Below are positions 36,280 through 46,216 of a DNA stretch of 64,000 nucleotides, in pieces. Numbering within the stretch: the stretch's first letter is position 1; the number at the start of each line of letters is the position of its first letter. The position numbers and the translations under genes were made by a program. The stretch lies in the NCBI GenBank assembly GCA_049600935.1, contig JBMYQB010000003.1:9113-73112 (forward strand), read 5' to 3'. The DNA comes from Poseidonia sp. (GTDB lineage Archaea; Thermoplasmatota; Poseidoniia; Poseidoniales; Poseidoniaceae). A model generated the notes under the pieces. The model worked only from the letters and a program-made list of their open reading frames with translations. It was not told the DNA's origin and did not search any database.

Positions 36280-37683
36280 TCAAGCTGGGTTGATTCGCAA
36301 CCCGTTCATGAGCAACACATCGGGAAGGTGCATGCTTCCCGATGAATAGGAGCCTTGACGGCGAACGTCTTGGCCGAGAACCACCTCACCGGTCAGCGCC
36401 TTGGCAAAGTTTCCGGAGAGACCCGCCTGTTTGAGGGAGCCCACTACTTCGCCGTTTTCGACCTTGAGAATGGAACTGGTGGTGACCGAGAAATCACCGC
36501 TGCTAGGATTCGCCGTGTGTGCGCCCATCACGCTGTTCACGATGTAGCCGTTGTCCATATGTTCCAACAGCCCGTCCCAGGTACGACTGGCTTCGGACGA
36601 CGTCAGGAACAGCTCCGTGCATCCGGTTGAAGGCGGAGATTGATGGCCACCCGAAACGGCCGAACCGGTTGATGAGGCCGCTGAAGTGCGGCCTTCTGCA
36701 ACCTGCTGAGCAGCATCTCGAGTGGACCAGAGCATGCTGCACAGGCGCCCGTTTTCCACGAGGGTTTGGCGCCGCCGAGGGACGCCTTCTGCATCTCTGG
36801 AACCCGAGGACATGCCCCCTTCCAGCAGACCGTCGTCGTGGATGGAGAGCGTAGGATTGATCACCTGTTGGTTCATCTTTTCTGCCCAAAACGACTCCTT
36901 TCGGACCATCTTCTCGCCGGTCATGGCAGGTGGTACAACCATGGAGAACAACGGAGAAAACCCTTCACTGGTCATCAAAACGGGAGTGTCGACGGGTTGG
37001 CTTTCAACCTTAAGTGGGTTTTGAGTTACTTGCGCCCAGTGCACCGCTCTTTCGATGCATTCAGGAAGTTCTGGTAGTCGCTTCCTGCTCGATTGTCCTT
37101 GGTAGGAACTGGTCAATTGGCCGTCCACGTCAAGGGTGACCTGGAGTCCAATACCGTGCGAAGTGGTCATCCCCGTTGAGAGAATGCCTTCGCTGTTCAT
37201 CAAGCACCCAGCCGTGGCAGAAACACCAATGCCGCCCCCGGTCACGACCGCACGCTCATCAAGGGATTTCACCTGAGAGAGCACGGCGTCCGCTTGTTCA
37301 AGCAAGTCTTCGGAACTGGTGTCAAGGATGGCGGTGTCCATTCGTCCACCAACGGTTTCTGCTGGTTGTTCACTTGGAAGGACAAATCCCTCAATTGAAG
37401 GGGATTTTTTGGCAATAGCTACGGCTTCAGCCACCGCTCGCTCTGCCCCCGAAACATCGACCAAGTGGGCGAATCCGAAGCGTCCACCGTCCACCACACG
37501 AACCCCGAATCCACCTTCGCCGCCACCTGCCGCCATCGTGATTTTTCCAGCCTCGATGTCCAGTTGGGTTCCATAGGCTTGGAATCCGATGAGGTCCCAC
37601 TGCTGTACGCCACTGGAACGACAAGCATCAGCGATGACCTGTGCGTTTGCAAGCAGGCGGTCTTCGGCACCTTCAGGCAGCAT
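36280..37683 (-). CDS. pmbA: TldE/PmbA family protein
   Basis: SIHDDG, DAEGVP, MGAHTANPSSGDFS, ENGE; paired with tldD. Confidence 0.88.
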   Translation of the reverse strand: MLPEGAEDRLLANAQVIADACRSSGVQQWDLIGFQAYGTQLDIEAGKITMAAGGGEGGFGVRVVDGGRFGFAHLVDVSGAERAVAEAVAIAKKSPSIEGFVLPSEQPAETVGGRMDTAILDTSSEDLLEQADAVLSQVKSLDERAVVTGGGIGVSATAGCLMNSEGILSTGMTTSHGIGLQVTLDVDGQLTSSYQGQSSRKRLPELPECIERAVHWAQVTQNPLKVESQPVDTPVLMTSEGFSPLFSMVVPPAMTGEKMVRKESFWAEKMNQQVINPTLSIHDDGLLEGGMSSGSRDAEGVPRRRQTLVENGRLCSMLWSTRDAAQQVAEGRTSAASSTGSAVSGGHQSPPSTGCTELFLTSSEASRTWDGLLEHMDNGYIVNSVMGAHTANPSSGDFSVTTSSILKVENGEVVGSLKQAGLSGNFAKALTGEVVLGQDVRRQGSYSSGSMHLPDVLLMNGLRINPA

Positions 37684-37684
37684 A

Positions 37685-39127
37685 TCAGCCCACCAACGCT
37701 TCGCTGATGCGCATCACAGGACCGCCGTCACCTACGGGCACGGTTTGCCCTTTGCCACAGAACCCTGGCGAGGCAAGGGAGGCATCTCGTGTCAGACCGT
37801 CGACATTTTGGAGAATTTCGAGGGTGAGTCCGCTCACGCTCACGTCTTTGAGCGGGCGTGTGAGTTCGCCGTTTTCAATCAGCCACGCCTCCTGGGCCGC
37901 AAATTGGAACGAGCCTCGCCCGGTGTCGACTTGGCCGCCTCGCGTACCACACGCATAGACGCCGTACTGAATGTCCTCCAAGAGTTCATCCAAATCCGCA
38001 TGCGTTCCACCGTGGATCATGGTGTTGCTCATGCGAACGAGCGGATGATGAAGGCCATCTTGCGCTCGTGCACCGCCGTTTGGCTCAACACCGAAGTGAT
38101 GCGCCGTTTCTCTATGATTGAGGTATTCCGTCAAAATGCCGTTCTTGATGAGGACTTTTTCTCGGGTGTCAACACCCTCGTCATCAACCGGGTAGGCCCC
38201 GTAGCCTCCCATCATGGTGGGGTCGTCAACAACCGTGACGATCTCGTTTCCAATTTTATGGCCAAGTTTTCCGTCCAAACACGAATCACCTGCCGCAACC
38301 AAGTCGGCTTCGCAGGGGTGTCCGAGCGCCTCGTGGATGTAGACGCCCGTGAGGTCCTTGTCGGCAATGAGTGGTAATTTTCCTGAGGGGGCTCGTTCTG
38401 CTTGAAGGAGACGAAGCGCTGCGCGCTGGGCTTCTTCACCCAAGTTCACCAGGTCGGCAGCCTGAATCACTTCGAGACCCCCTTGGCCACCGTGTCGTGT
38501 ACGGTACGAGACCACCTCGCCGTCCCTGCGGGCCGTGACCGTCCCGTGAACGAGGGAACGCTGGAAGGACCACACCCGGTCCATGCCCTCGGTGGTCATC
38601 AACTCGGTGTGGATGTGCTCATCGCTCCAACCGGTTCGAACGGAAACGATGTCGTCATGCCCACTTGCGCCGCGATACATGTCGTTCATGAGGTCCATTT
38701 TTTGATCAAGTTCGGTGTCCCTCACGTCGAGTTTTGAACGCCAGTGCGTCTCGTCTTGCAGCACAGGTACCTCTGCCAGACCGATGGCCCGTTCGTTGGA
38801 TGAGCGGCGCTTTGCGACGGCCTTTGCCAAGCGGGTGGTGGATTCAATCTGGTCGGAGAGAGAGGCTAGGTCGGTGGTGGAATGGACGCCCCAGGCGCCG
38901 TCGGCGAGGATGCGGAGGGTCATTCCAAGTTCTTGGCCTGGAATGGCTCGCTCGAGAACCCCGTCGCGCATGGCCACAGAAGATTCGGTGAGGGCAACCA
39001 CACGCACTTCGGCGTAGGATGCACCGTGAGTTTGTGCGGAATCCAACGCCTTTCGCACTTTTTCTTGGTCCAGATAGCGCCCCGTTGTTGGGCGGTGTCC
39101 GTCGTTTTGCTTCGCAGCCATCACCAT
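37685..39127 (-). CDS. tldD: TldD metalloprotease
   Basis: HEALGHPCEAD, DDEGV, RMSNT, GGQVD..G.FQF, CGKGQ.VPVGDGGP. Confidence 0.93.
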   Translation of the reverse strand: MVMAAKQNDGHRPTTGRYLDQEKVRKALDSAQTHGASYAEVRVVALTESSVAMRDGVLERAIPGQELGMTLRILADGAWGVHSTTDLASLSDQIESTTRLAKAVAKRRSSNERAIGLAEVPVLQDETHWRSKLDVRDTELDQKMDLMNDMYRGASGHDDIVSVRTGWSDEHIHTELMTTEGMDRVWSFQRSLVHGTVTARRDGEVVSYRTRHGGQGGLEVIQAADLVNLGEEAQRAALRLLQAERAPSGKLPLIADKDLTGVYIHEALGHPCEADLVAAGDSCLDGKLGHKIGNEIVTVVDDPTMMGGYGAYPVDDEGVDTREKVLIKNGILTEYLNHRETAHHFGVEPNGGARAQDGLHHPLVRMSNTMIHGGTHADLDELLEDIQYGVYACGTRGGQVDTGRGSFQFAAQEAWLIENGELTRPLKDVSVSGLTLEILQNVDGLTRDASLASPGFCGKGQTVPVGDGGPVMRISEALVG

Positions 39128-39164
39128 GGAATGACGAAGAGGAGGGAGCCTTTCAACCCTCCCA

Positions 39165-39746
39165 TTAGCGGTGGGATGAACTCTGGTCGTCAGCCATCAA
39201 AATGTGGGCGATGATGGATTCACTCTGACGCGCTTCTGACCACCCTTCTGCATCGATGCCAAGACGTTTTGCTGCCTCTATAGAATAGGTTGCTTCGCTT
39301 GTTCCCTCGGACCATCCGAGTCGCTGCAAGAGGTTGGCGAGGCTCGAATCAAAATCCTGTACGTCATCGGCTTCAGGCTGAAGATGTCCGAGATCGTTTT
39401 CGTGTCCTTTAGCCGAAGGCAAACAAACGACCCACCCGTGGTCTTGATCTTCTTGAAGGCCGGCCCTTGCGAAGGCCTCAGAGATGTGATGGGTGCCTGC
39501 CAAATAGCGCAAAAATTCTGCATCAATGCTTCGAGCGACCATGTTCCCTCGCAAGGCATTTCTCGATGCTTGAATCCATGCGGTCCAGAGTTGTTCTTCG
39601 CTCATGACCGCATGCGCTCCAAGCAAGACCCAATGGGAAGAAGGTCGTTCTTTGAGAAAGCGGTCAACGTGGTGTTGGGGCGAGCCTTCACCGAATCGAA
39701 CACCCCTGAACGGGAAGGTTGTTGCACGCATTGGGCCGCCCACCAC
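39165..39746 (-). CDS. cgi121: KEOPS complex subunit Cgi121
   Basis: ARSIDAEFLRYLAGTHHISEAF.RAG; position downstream of hel308 matches the known archaeal pairing. Confidence 0.8.
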   Translation of the reverse strand: MVGGPMRATTFPFRGVRFGEGSPQHHVDRFLKERPSSHWVLLGAHAVMSEEQLWTAWIQASRNALRGNMVARSIDAEFLRYLAGTHHISEAFARAGLQEDQDHGWVVCLPSAKGHENDLGHLQPEADDVQDFDSSLANLLQRLGWSEGTSEATYSIEAAKRLGIDAEGWSEARQSESIIAHILMADDQSSSHR

Positions 39747-39757
39747 CCCTCAGGATT

Positions 39758-42349
39758 TCAATCATGCTCAAGACGCTCTCCCTCGAGGGGCGCGTCGTCA
39801 GTTCGTTGCTTCGCCTTTGAGATTCCAGATTTTTTCAAAACTCTCTCGATTTCCACATGGATTTTGTCCAAAAGAATCGGACCCCACCCTCGTTTTGCGA
39901 GAAGGGCCTCGCGGTGCCGTGCTGACATGTTGGCGACGTCTTTCGGTTCTCGCATGCCCAACGCGGCCAGTTCCCGTGCCCGTTGCCGGCCGACATGACG
40001 GATGTTCACGAGTTGCAGCAGGTCGGATTTGCAACCGTGGCGGACGCGTTGCTGCAGCGTGCTGATCTGCTGAACAAGCTCGGCCACAATGGGCAGGTGC
40101 TCCTCCGCAAACACATCATCGGTCAGCAACACCTGTTGCGCGCCCGCCAGCAGCCAACCCATGAGGTCCACACGATGATGAACGTCGCCGGGTGACACAT
40201 CGAGGTCCTTCTCAAGTTCCCTGAGGGTCGTTTCCTCGGTCCACTCCTCGATCATCCAAGCCGATTTGACATCGCTCAGCAAGGCTTCTGCGTATCCAGG
40301 TTCAACAAATAACTCATCCTCCGTAGCGTTGGCTTTCAACCACGTCGGTGAATTCGTCTCCATGTCCGCCGATTTTGCCCAAAGCGAAACAAAGTCGGGT
40401 GTGGCAACGGCCAGATGAAGGAACCCGAAGTCCGTGACGGGCGCATCTTGTCGCACGGTCCGCCGAACAGCTCTCCGAAGTCCCGTTCGCAAAATTGAGG
40501 CGGAGAGGGGGTCGAGATAGAGTTGAGTAACCCGCTCGCCCATGGCCGTCGCCTCGTAGCGCATGCTCGGTCCATCCTCCGCTGCAGGTTGGGCCCAACC
40601 ACCCGTTTGTGCCAAGGAGGTTGCTCTCGAAAAGCCAATGCTGGGCTCTCTATGAGCACTCGGACGAACAATCCGAGACGGTTCTGGCCCGGACGGGTCC
40701 CATACAACACCCTCCGTTGAGCGAGCGCTTGAGGCCCACACCGGAACCGTGTCGTCCCATGCTTCTTCATCATCAAGATCTTCGCCTGCGAATCGAGCGG
40801 TGTAGTGTTCATCCATGCCACAGCGGCGTATGAATCGCTCTTCGACGAGCCAATCCAGCATTGAGGTCAACCGTTCGCGCAATTGGGAAAAGGGCATGGA
40901 GGCCCCCAAAAAGGTCGAGGCAAAGAAATGCTCAATGGAACCTTTGTGCACCAAACCACCGGTTGCAATACTTGCCAACAGGTGCATCCGCAGCGCAGGT
41001 TCCGATGCAAGTTTTGAGGAAATGTCCTCGATGGGCCCGAAGAAATAGCGGTCGGCGACTGCGTCAGCAACCTCCCAACCGTCCGTTCCTTTGCAGTAGA
41101 CCCAGGCCTCTCCCTTCGTGTCGTATTTCGGCCGTCCAGCACGTCCGAGCATTTGGCGCACCTCCATCACGGGGAGGGGACGACTCATACCGTCGTCCCA
41201 ACGCTTGAGGTCCCGAACGAGGACCCTTCTGGCTGGAAGGTTCACACCTGCAGCAAGGGTTGGTGTCGCCGTTAGAGCGACCAAGAGGCCTGACTTGAAT
41301 GCGGCTTCAACGTCTTTCCGCTGGGCATTTGTCAATCCAGCGTGATGGAAACCGACCCCGGATGAAAGGCAACTTGCTAATTGCTCTGCGAGGTTGGATT
41401 GACTTCGGCCCGTGAGCTTTGCAGCAAGTTCTTCCAAGGTTTTCAGTCGCTCTGGGTCCTCTTTTTCAAGCCGCTTTCGCACCCGCTTGGCGAGATTTTT
41501 GGCCTCTGATTGGGCGCTTCTTCGGGTCCCGACAAACATCAGCACTTGGGCACCCTGGTCCAACCCGTCATTCACCACGCTCCAAACTGGGTGGCTCTTG
41601 AGGCCGACAAGATCTCGAGGAGGACTCAACGGTGTTTGCTCACCTGCTTCGGTGGGCGATTGGATTTTTCGAGGTTCAACATGGAAATCGTGGAAGGTAG
41701 CGTACTCAAGGGCGACGGGCCGCCAATCGGACTGAATCAAATCAGCATTCAACCACGCTGCGAGTTGGGGTGAATTGCCTACGGTTGCGGAAAGCGCAAT
41801 GATTTGCGCATCGGGTTTAATGTGCCTGAGTCTCGTAAGGTTGATCTCAAGCGTGGGCCCTCGTGTACCATCGTTCATCAGATGGAATTCATCGGCCACG
41901 ACACAGCAGAGGTCAGCGACAAGTTCAGCGCGATGGCGAAGCAAGGAATCCAATTTTTCCGAGGTGCACACGAGAATGTTGCAGTCATCGATGTTCTTCG
42001 CTTCGGCCGTTGCGTCGCCGATGCCCAAACCGACCGACAATCCCATCGCTGCGCCGAGTTCGCGCAAATCCTCGTATTTTTCCATCGCCAGAGCCTTGAG
42101 CGGAACGATGTAGATGGCTTTTGAACGTTCATGACCTTCTGCCAGTCGTTTGACCATGCCCATGTAGGCCAGCAGAGATTTTCCGGAAGCGGTTGGGATG
42201 GCGACCAGCGTGTTCCGGCCCTTGAGGATGCTCGGAATTGCATCGGCTTGCGGTGGATGCAGCCGTTCAATACCCCAATCTCGCTGGAGGAAATCAAGGA
42301 ACGGGAGAGGTAAATCAAGCGACGAAACCGCCCTGTTGTCCACCTCCAT
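39758..42349 (-). CDS. hel308: Ski2-like DNA helicase Hel308/Hjm
   Basis: PTASGKS, DEFH, LSAT, FHHAGL, TPTLAAGVNLPA, QMLGRAGRP, C-terminal HhH VGRQRAREL. Confidence 0.94.
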   Translation of the reverse strand: MEVDNRAVSSLDLPLPFLDFLQRDWGIERLHPPQADAIPSILKGRNTLVAIPTASGKSLLAYMGMVKRLAEGHERSKAIYIVPLKALAMEKYEDLRELGAAMGLSVGLGIGDATAEAKNIDDCNILVCTSEKLDSLLRHRAELVADLCCVVADEFHLMNDGTRGPTLEINLTRLRHIKPDAQIIALSATVGNSPQLAAWLNADLIQSDWRPVALEYATFHDFHVEPRKIQSPTEAGEQTPLSPPRDLVGLKSHPVWSVVNDGLDQGAQVLMFVGTRRSAQSEAKNLAKRVRKRLEKEDPERLKTLEELAAKLTGRSQSNLAEQLASCLSSGVGFHHAGLTNAQRKDVEAAFKSGLLVALTATPTLAAGVNLPARRVLVRDLKRWDDGMSRPLPVMEVRQMLGRAGRPKYDTKGEAWVYCKGTDGWEVADAVADRYFFGPIEDISSKLASEPALRMHLLASIATGGLVHKGSIEHFFASTFLGASMPFSQLRERLTSMLDWLVEERFIRRCGMDEHYTARFAGEDLDDEEAWDDTVPVWASSARSTEGVVWDPSGPEPSRIVRPSAHREPSIGFSRATSLAQTGGWAQPAAEDGPSMRYEATAMGERVTQLYLDPLSASILRTGLRRAVRRTVRQDAPVTDFGFLHLAVATPDFVSLWAKSADMETNSPTWLKANATEDELFVEPGYAEALLSDVKSAWMIEEWTEETTLRELEKDLDVSPGDVHHRVDLMGWLLAGAQQVLLTDDVFAEEHLPIVAELVQQISTLQQRVRHGCKSDLLQLVNIRHVGRQRARELAALGMREPKDVANMSARHREALLAKRGWGPILLDKIHVEIERVLKKSGISKAKQRTDDAPLEGERLEHD

Positions 42350-42431
42350 ATTCCCTCAAATTGGGCAGCGGTTCAAAAGGACAACGCCCTGCTATTGTTG
42401 CCGACACTTAGAAGTCCCACCTGTTCATGGT

Positions 42432-43055
42432 ATGTCCATGAGCGACGACCGAGACGCCATGGTCGAAGAACGACTTTCCGTCTTTGATGACGAACCTGAC
42501 CTCAACGACTGGGTCGAGGTCATGTGCGGCGCTGCGATGGTGGTCTTGGGTGTGTTTCACCTCGTTGAACCGGGGAACCTCGTGGACCCTGATATCATGC
42601 GCTGGTTTGCTGCTGCGGTCGTCGCCGCTGGTGCAGTTTGGGCCGGACACGGCCTCAAGGACATGGCCGTGAAAGAAGTCCGCCGCTCCATCGCCCTGCT
42701 CGACATGGTGAGCAACGACCAAGGTGTTGACACCGGGTTGATTCGAGATGTTCTGCTCAATCAAGAAGCGTACAAAGAATTCCTCGTCCATGCCTACGAA
42801 TCAGCATGGGAAGACGGTGTGATCACCGACGCCGAACTGAAGGAACTGAAATCCTTCCAAGAGGCGCTGGGCATCTCCGATGAAGAAGCGGCTGACCTCA
42901 ACGTCAAGGCCGCCATCAAATCGGCAGCTGCCGATGGTGAAATCACCGACCAGGAAGCCAAGTCCATTGAAGCCGCAGCCAAGGCAGCCAAGATGTCCGA
43001 AGAAGAAACGGCCAAAGCCGTCAGCGAAGAACTCGGAAAGAGCGACGCCGAGTGA
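42432..43055 (+). CDS. Membrane protein with two TerB-like DG.I...E repeats
   Basis: Two N-terminal TM helices; WEDGVITDAE and AADGEITDQE motifs. Confidence 0.6.
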   Translation: MSMSDDRDAMVEERLSVFDDEPDLNDWVEVMCGAAMVVLGVFHLVEPGNLVDPDIMRWFAAAVVAAGAVWAGHGLKDMAVKEVRRSIALLDMVSNDQGVDTGLIRDVLLNQEAYKEFLVHAYESAWEDGVITDAELKELKSFQEALGISDEEAADLNVKAAIKSAAADGEITDQEAKSIEAAAKAAKMSEEETAKAVSEELGKSDAE

Positions 43056-45128
43056 TCACGTCCACCTGTCATCGCTTTGAGGGCGATAGGTCATGGCAAG
43101 TTGTTGGGCCTTGGCTTTACGCTGCACCTCCATCCACGTGGCGGCAAGCCCGAGGGCCATCCCTCCCATCATGAGCGCCCCACCGTAAGGCAGCAGACCA
43201 GAAGCGCTTCCAACGCCCCATTCGGCAGGGATATCTTGACTGTCAAAGCCATCGGATTCAATGAACAGGACATCGAGCAAATCCAAGTCGCAATCACACA
43301 ATGAAATGGAAATACGTTCGGGGAAGAGAGACCCCTGCAGACGCACCCAGTCGTTTGCGTTGATGGTGGAAGGACGTGTTGCCCAAGCCGGAGCGTTGAT
43401 TGAACCCGTGGCGGGCGCCGACACCATTTCTGCATCGAGGTGCACAACGGAGGAAGTTGGCTTTTCGTCGACCACAAGCAAGGCCTCGAGCACGAGCAAA
43501 TCCAGAAGCAGCGACCGGCCGGCAAGAAGGATGAACCGAACGGTTTGGCTCTCCAGCATCCCTTCCTGAGTCTGTTGGGTTTGACCCTTGGCCACCTGTC
43601 CAAAAATCGCTTGGTCCAAGCGTAGTGATTCCAATTCCGGGACCACGAGCTGCCAACGACCGTCATCAAGAGGTATCGCCTGTTCGATGTCAAGTTTCAT
43701 TTTCAATCGCTCACCGTCCAACATTCCCCATGTAGCGCCGGTGTGCGTGTAGAGCGTTTGTTCAGGAACCCCTTCCGCCGAAACATCCCACAGCTGTTGT
43801 AGGCGCATCTCAATGAGCGTCTCGAGCGTGATCTCGTCTTGGTGTTGGACTTCATCGGCTATGGCCCAAAGAGGATGAAGGATGCCACCAACGAGCAACA
43901 TCAGCACGCCTGGAACAAAGAGGCCGAATCGCACACCGTAGGCGGTGGTGGGCCGCACGGCGACCACCAGGAAAAGCCCCAACATCACCAGCGATACGAA
44001 GAGAATGCCAACCCCCTGGTCGTCTAGCGATGCCGCTGCGTCCTTGTCACCGACCAAAGCGGCTCCTTGTGGATAATAACTCACCGAAGAAAATCCACTT
44101 GGGTCCGTGGGACCAAGGCCCTCGTACCCAAACACACCCGTCCAGGAATACGACTGGATTTTGTCGGGTGAACCGTGCATGCAGAGGGTGTAGTCGCCTG
44201 TTGGTAAGGCTCGCCAGCGGTAGGTAATTCTGAGTGACTCGCCGTCGTCGTCCACCACGACTTCGGGAGAGGGAGACAGTCGGCCTGCTGCCGTGATGAG
44301 GTCGGGGACAGGGTGAGGTTGCTCGATTTCAATGGGCACCTGGTCCCATTCAACCAGAAGGCGAAGCACTTCGTGAGTTTCGACCTCAAAGGCCCAGCAA
44401 TCGTGGTCGGCACCAACCAAAGCCCCTCGATGCACGTCCTCAAAATCGGTCTGAACCGGTTGAGCCGTGGAGGACGGTTCATCCAAATCAGCCAGTGCGG
44501 CATCCAATGACCACGGGACATCGAGTTTGAGGAAGGAAGCCCCACGCATGTTCAGCGACCATGTCCCCGGGCGGTCAAGGGTGACGGAGAAGATGAGCCG
44601 AATGGGGTCGTCTTCCCACAACACTCGCCCGTCGCTGAACGTGAGGGCCTCGTTGGTAAGTTCGTAATTGGAGGCGGCAAGGTCGGGGAGCGTACTGGCT
44701 TCAAAGGACCACTCGTTGACGTTTTGCCCAAACACCATGCGCAATTCAAGTGCGGGGCGGAACAAATTGCCGGCCTCGGTCTGGTGTTTGAAATCAAGCT
44801 GAAATTCCTCGAGCACCTCAGGGAGAAGAGCGACGTGAAGTTGACCGGGGTCCATTTCAAATTCGAAGGTGATCACCTCGGGTTGAACGAGGTTGGCGAA
44901 GGTTTGACCGGAAACCTGTTCCTCCCCAATCGGTGTTGGCGTGAGGACGCAATCGTCGTCTGCGCGGCATGAAAGAAACAAATCGCCGCTGTCCTCTGTG
45001 ATGCCCGCAGAGGTGTTGCCGGCGGGCTGAACGACCAAGGCAAGAAAACACGCAACCAACAGGAAACTCCTGAAGGGTCGGTTCTGTCCTCGCATCATCG
45101 GACAAACCAGAAAGGAGCAGTATTTCAT
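43056..45128 (-). CDS. Hypothetical secreted/membrane protein
   Basis: 690-aa ORF with signal-like N-terminus, two central TMs and a C-terminal TM. Confidence 0.65.
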   Translation of the reverse strand: MKYCSFLVCPMMRGQNRPFRSFLLVACFLALVVQPAGNTSAGITEDSGDLFLSCRADDDCVLTPTPIGEEQVSGQTFANLVQPEVITFEFEMDPGQLHVALLPEVLEEFQLDFKHQTEAGNLFRPALELRMVFGQNVNEWSFEASTLPDLAASNYELTNEALTFSDGRVLWEDDPIRLIFSVTLDRPGTWSLNMRGASFLKLDVPWSLDAALADLDEPSSTAQPVQTDFEDVHRGALVGADHDCWAFEVETHEVLRLLVEWDQVPIEIEQPHPVPDLITAAGRLSPSPEVVVDDDGESLRITYRWRALPTGDYTLCMHGSPDKIQSYSWTGVFGYEGLGPTDPSGFSSVSYYPQGAALVGDKDAAASLDDQGVGILFVSLVMLGLFLVVAVRPTTAYGVRFGLFVPGVLMLLVGGILHPLWAIADEVQHQDEITLETLIEMRLQQLWDVSAEGVPEQTLYTHTGATWGMLDGERLKMKLDIEQAIPLDDGRWQLVVPELESLRLDQAIFGQVAKGQTQQTQEGMLESQTVRFILLAGRSLLLDLLVLEALLVVDEKPTSSVVHLDAEMVSAPATGSINAPAWATRPSTINANDWVRLQGSLFPERISISLCDCDLDLLDVLFIESDGFDSQDIPAEWGVGSASGLLPYGGALMMGGMALGLAATWMEVQRKAKAQQLAMTYRPQSDDRWT

Positions 45129-45661
45129 TCAATGTCCTTCACGGGCACATCCACGAGCACCGTTCTGCATGTTCTGCAGAGAAAACGTCCACCTCCTCGA
45201 CGTTGACGGGGAAATCGCTGTTCGCAGGTCGAACAGACCCAGTGCCATGCGGCTCGGGCCAATCGGCGCTCGTGGGTGAAATCCTTGCCCCGCATGGCGC
45301 CTTTTGAGTCGGGCCATTGAGCCTCCATGCTCCGAAATTGAGCGTCGTGAGCGCGATAGCCAAGGGCATGAAGATACTCGTGAAAAAGGACGAAAAGGGC
45401 GTAATCCTCCCAATCCTCCTCGAGAAGACCCGGATGGAGGTCAACCACCTCAACGCTCAATGCTCCGGAAGGCAAGGTGCGCCATCGGGTTACACCATGG
45501 CGTTGTGTTGCATTTTTCCGCAGCACACCAAGAGGGATGGTGTGAAGACCGCTGAGGTCAGTGTCTTCCAAAAAGGGCAATTCTTCCATGGTCGAAACGA
45601 CGTCCTCCCGCAGCGCCACGAGTCTGGCCTTCTGGGCAGGTGTAGGCTTGACCACGACCAA
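45125..45661 (-). CDS. SprT/WLM-like zinc metalloprotease with C-terminal zinc ribbon
   Basis: FHEYLHALGYRAHDAQF; CSTC...CRTC. Confidence 0.75.
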   Translation of the reverse strand: MVVVKPTPAQKARLVALREDVVSTMEELPFLEDTDLSGLHTIPLGVLRKNATQRHGVTRWRTLPSGALSVEVVDLHPGLLEEDWEDYALFVLFHEYLHALGYRAHDAQFRSMEAQWPDSKGAMRGKDFTHERRLARAAWHWVCSTCEQRFPRQRRGGGRFLCRTCRTVLVDVPVKDIE

Positions 45662-45664
45662 CCC

Positions 45665-46132
45665 TCACGACCATCGGTGATACGCAGGGTGACCTTCCTT
45701 AACGGCCACAAAAAGACCGCTCCCCGTCGCACAGACCTTGCCGCCTGCTTCAAGTGTCAAACTCACTCGAACCCTGTCTTCGGAAACTTCCGTCGTTTGA
45801 CTCGAAACGATGAGCGGTTCACCCATCGGTGTAGGACGGCGGAGTTGAACATCGTAGGTGGCCGTCACCGTACACGGTGGTTCGTCCAGGCCCTGTTCAT
45901 CCATGAGCGCAATGGCGGCCGTCCAATTGCCGTGGCAATCGAGCAGGGTACCGATGATCCCGCCATTCACCATGCCCGGAAAGGCTTGATGATGGTCCTG
46001 CGGCGTGTATTCCATTCTCAGGCCGCCCTCGATGCGATAGGAATCGATTTGCAAGCCGTGCTCGTTCGCAGGTCCGCAACCAAAACAGATGGATGTCGGA
46101 GCATAGGTACGCTGAACGCCGTGTTCTGTCAT
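45665..46132 (-). CDS. PaaI-family hot-dog thioesterase
   Basis: CFGCGPANEHGL, HQAFPGMVNGGIIGTLLD, VTA....LRRPTP. Confidence 0.88.
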   Translation of the reverse strand: MTEHGVQRTYAPTSICFGCGPANEHGLQIDSYRIEGGLRMEYTPQDHHQAFPGMVNGGIIGTLLDCHGNWTAAIALMDEQGLDEPPCTVTATYDVQLRRPTPMGEPLIVSSQTTEVSEDRVRVSLTLEAGGKVCATGSGLFVAVKEGHPAYHRWS

Positions 46133-46216
46133 GATGCGTCCAACCAACAGTCGCTTGATGGTTCTTCCCTCGTTGCGCAGCGGAGTGTTGATGATGGAGG
46201 CACGCATGGAAGAATC

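Noticed and set aside
40560..40820. Intein in Hel308 (and in gyrA/gyrB)
   Set aside because: Insertions are short and lack a terminal HN followed by C/S/T; no LAGLIDADG motifs.
45317..46216. Apparent 737-aa fusion extending the M14 protein
   Set aside because: The first 300 codons overlap SprT-like and PaaI genes on the opposite strand; a start near 46217 is more plausible.
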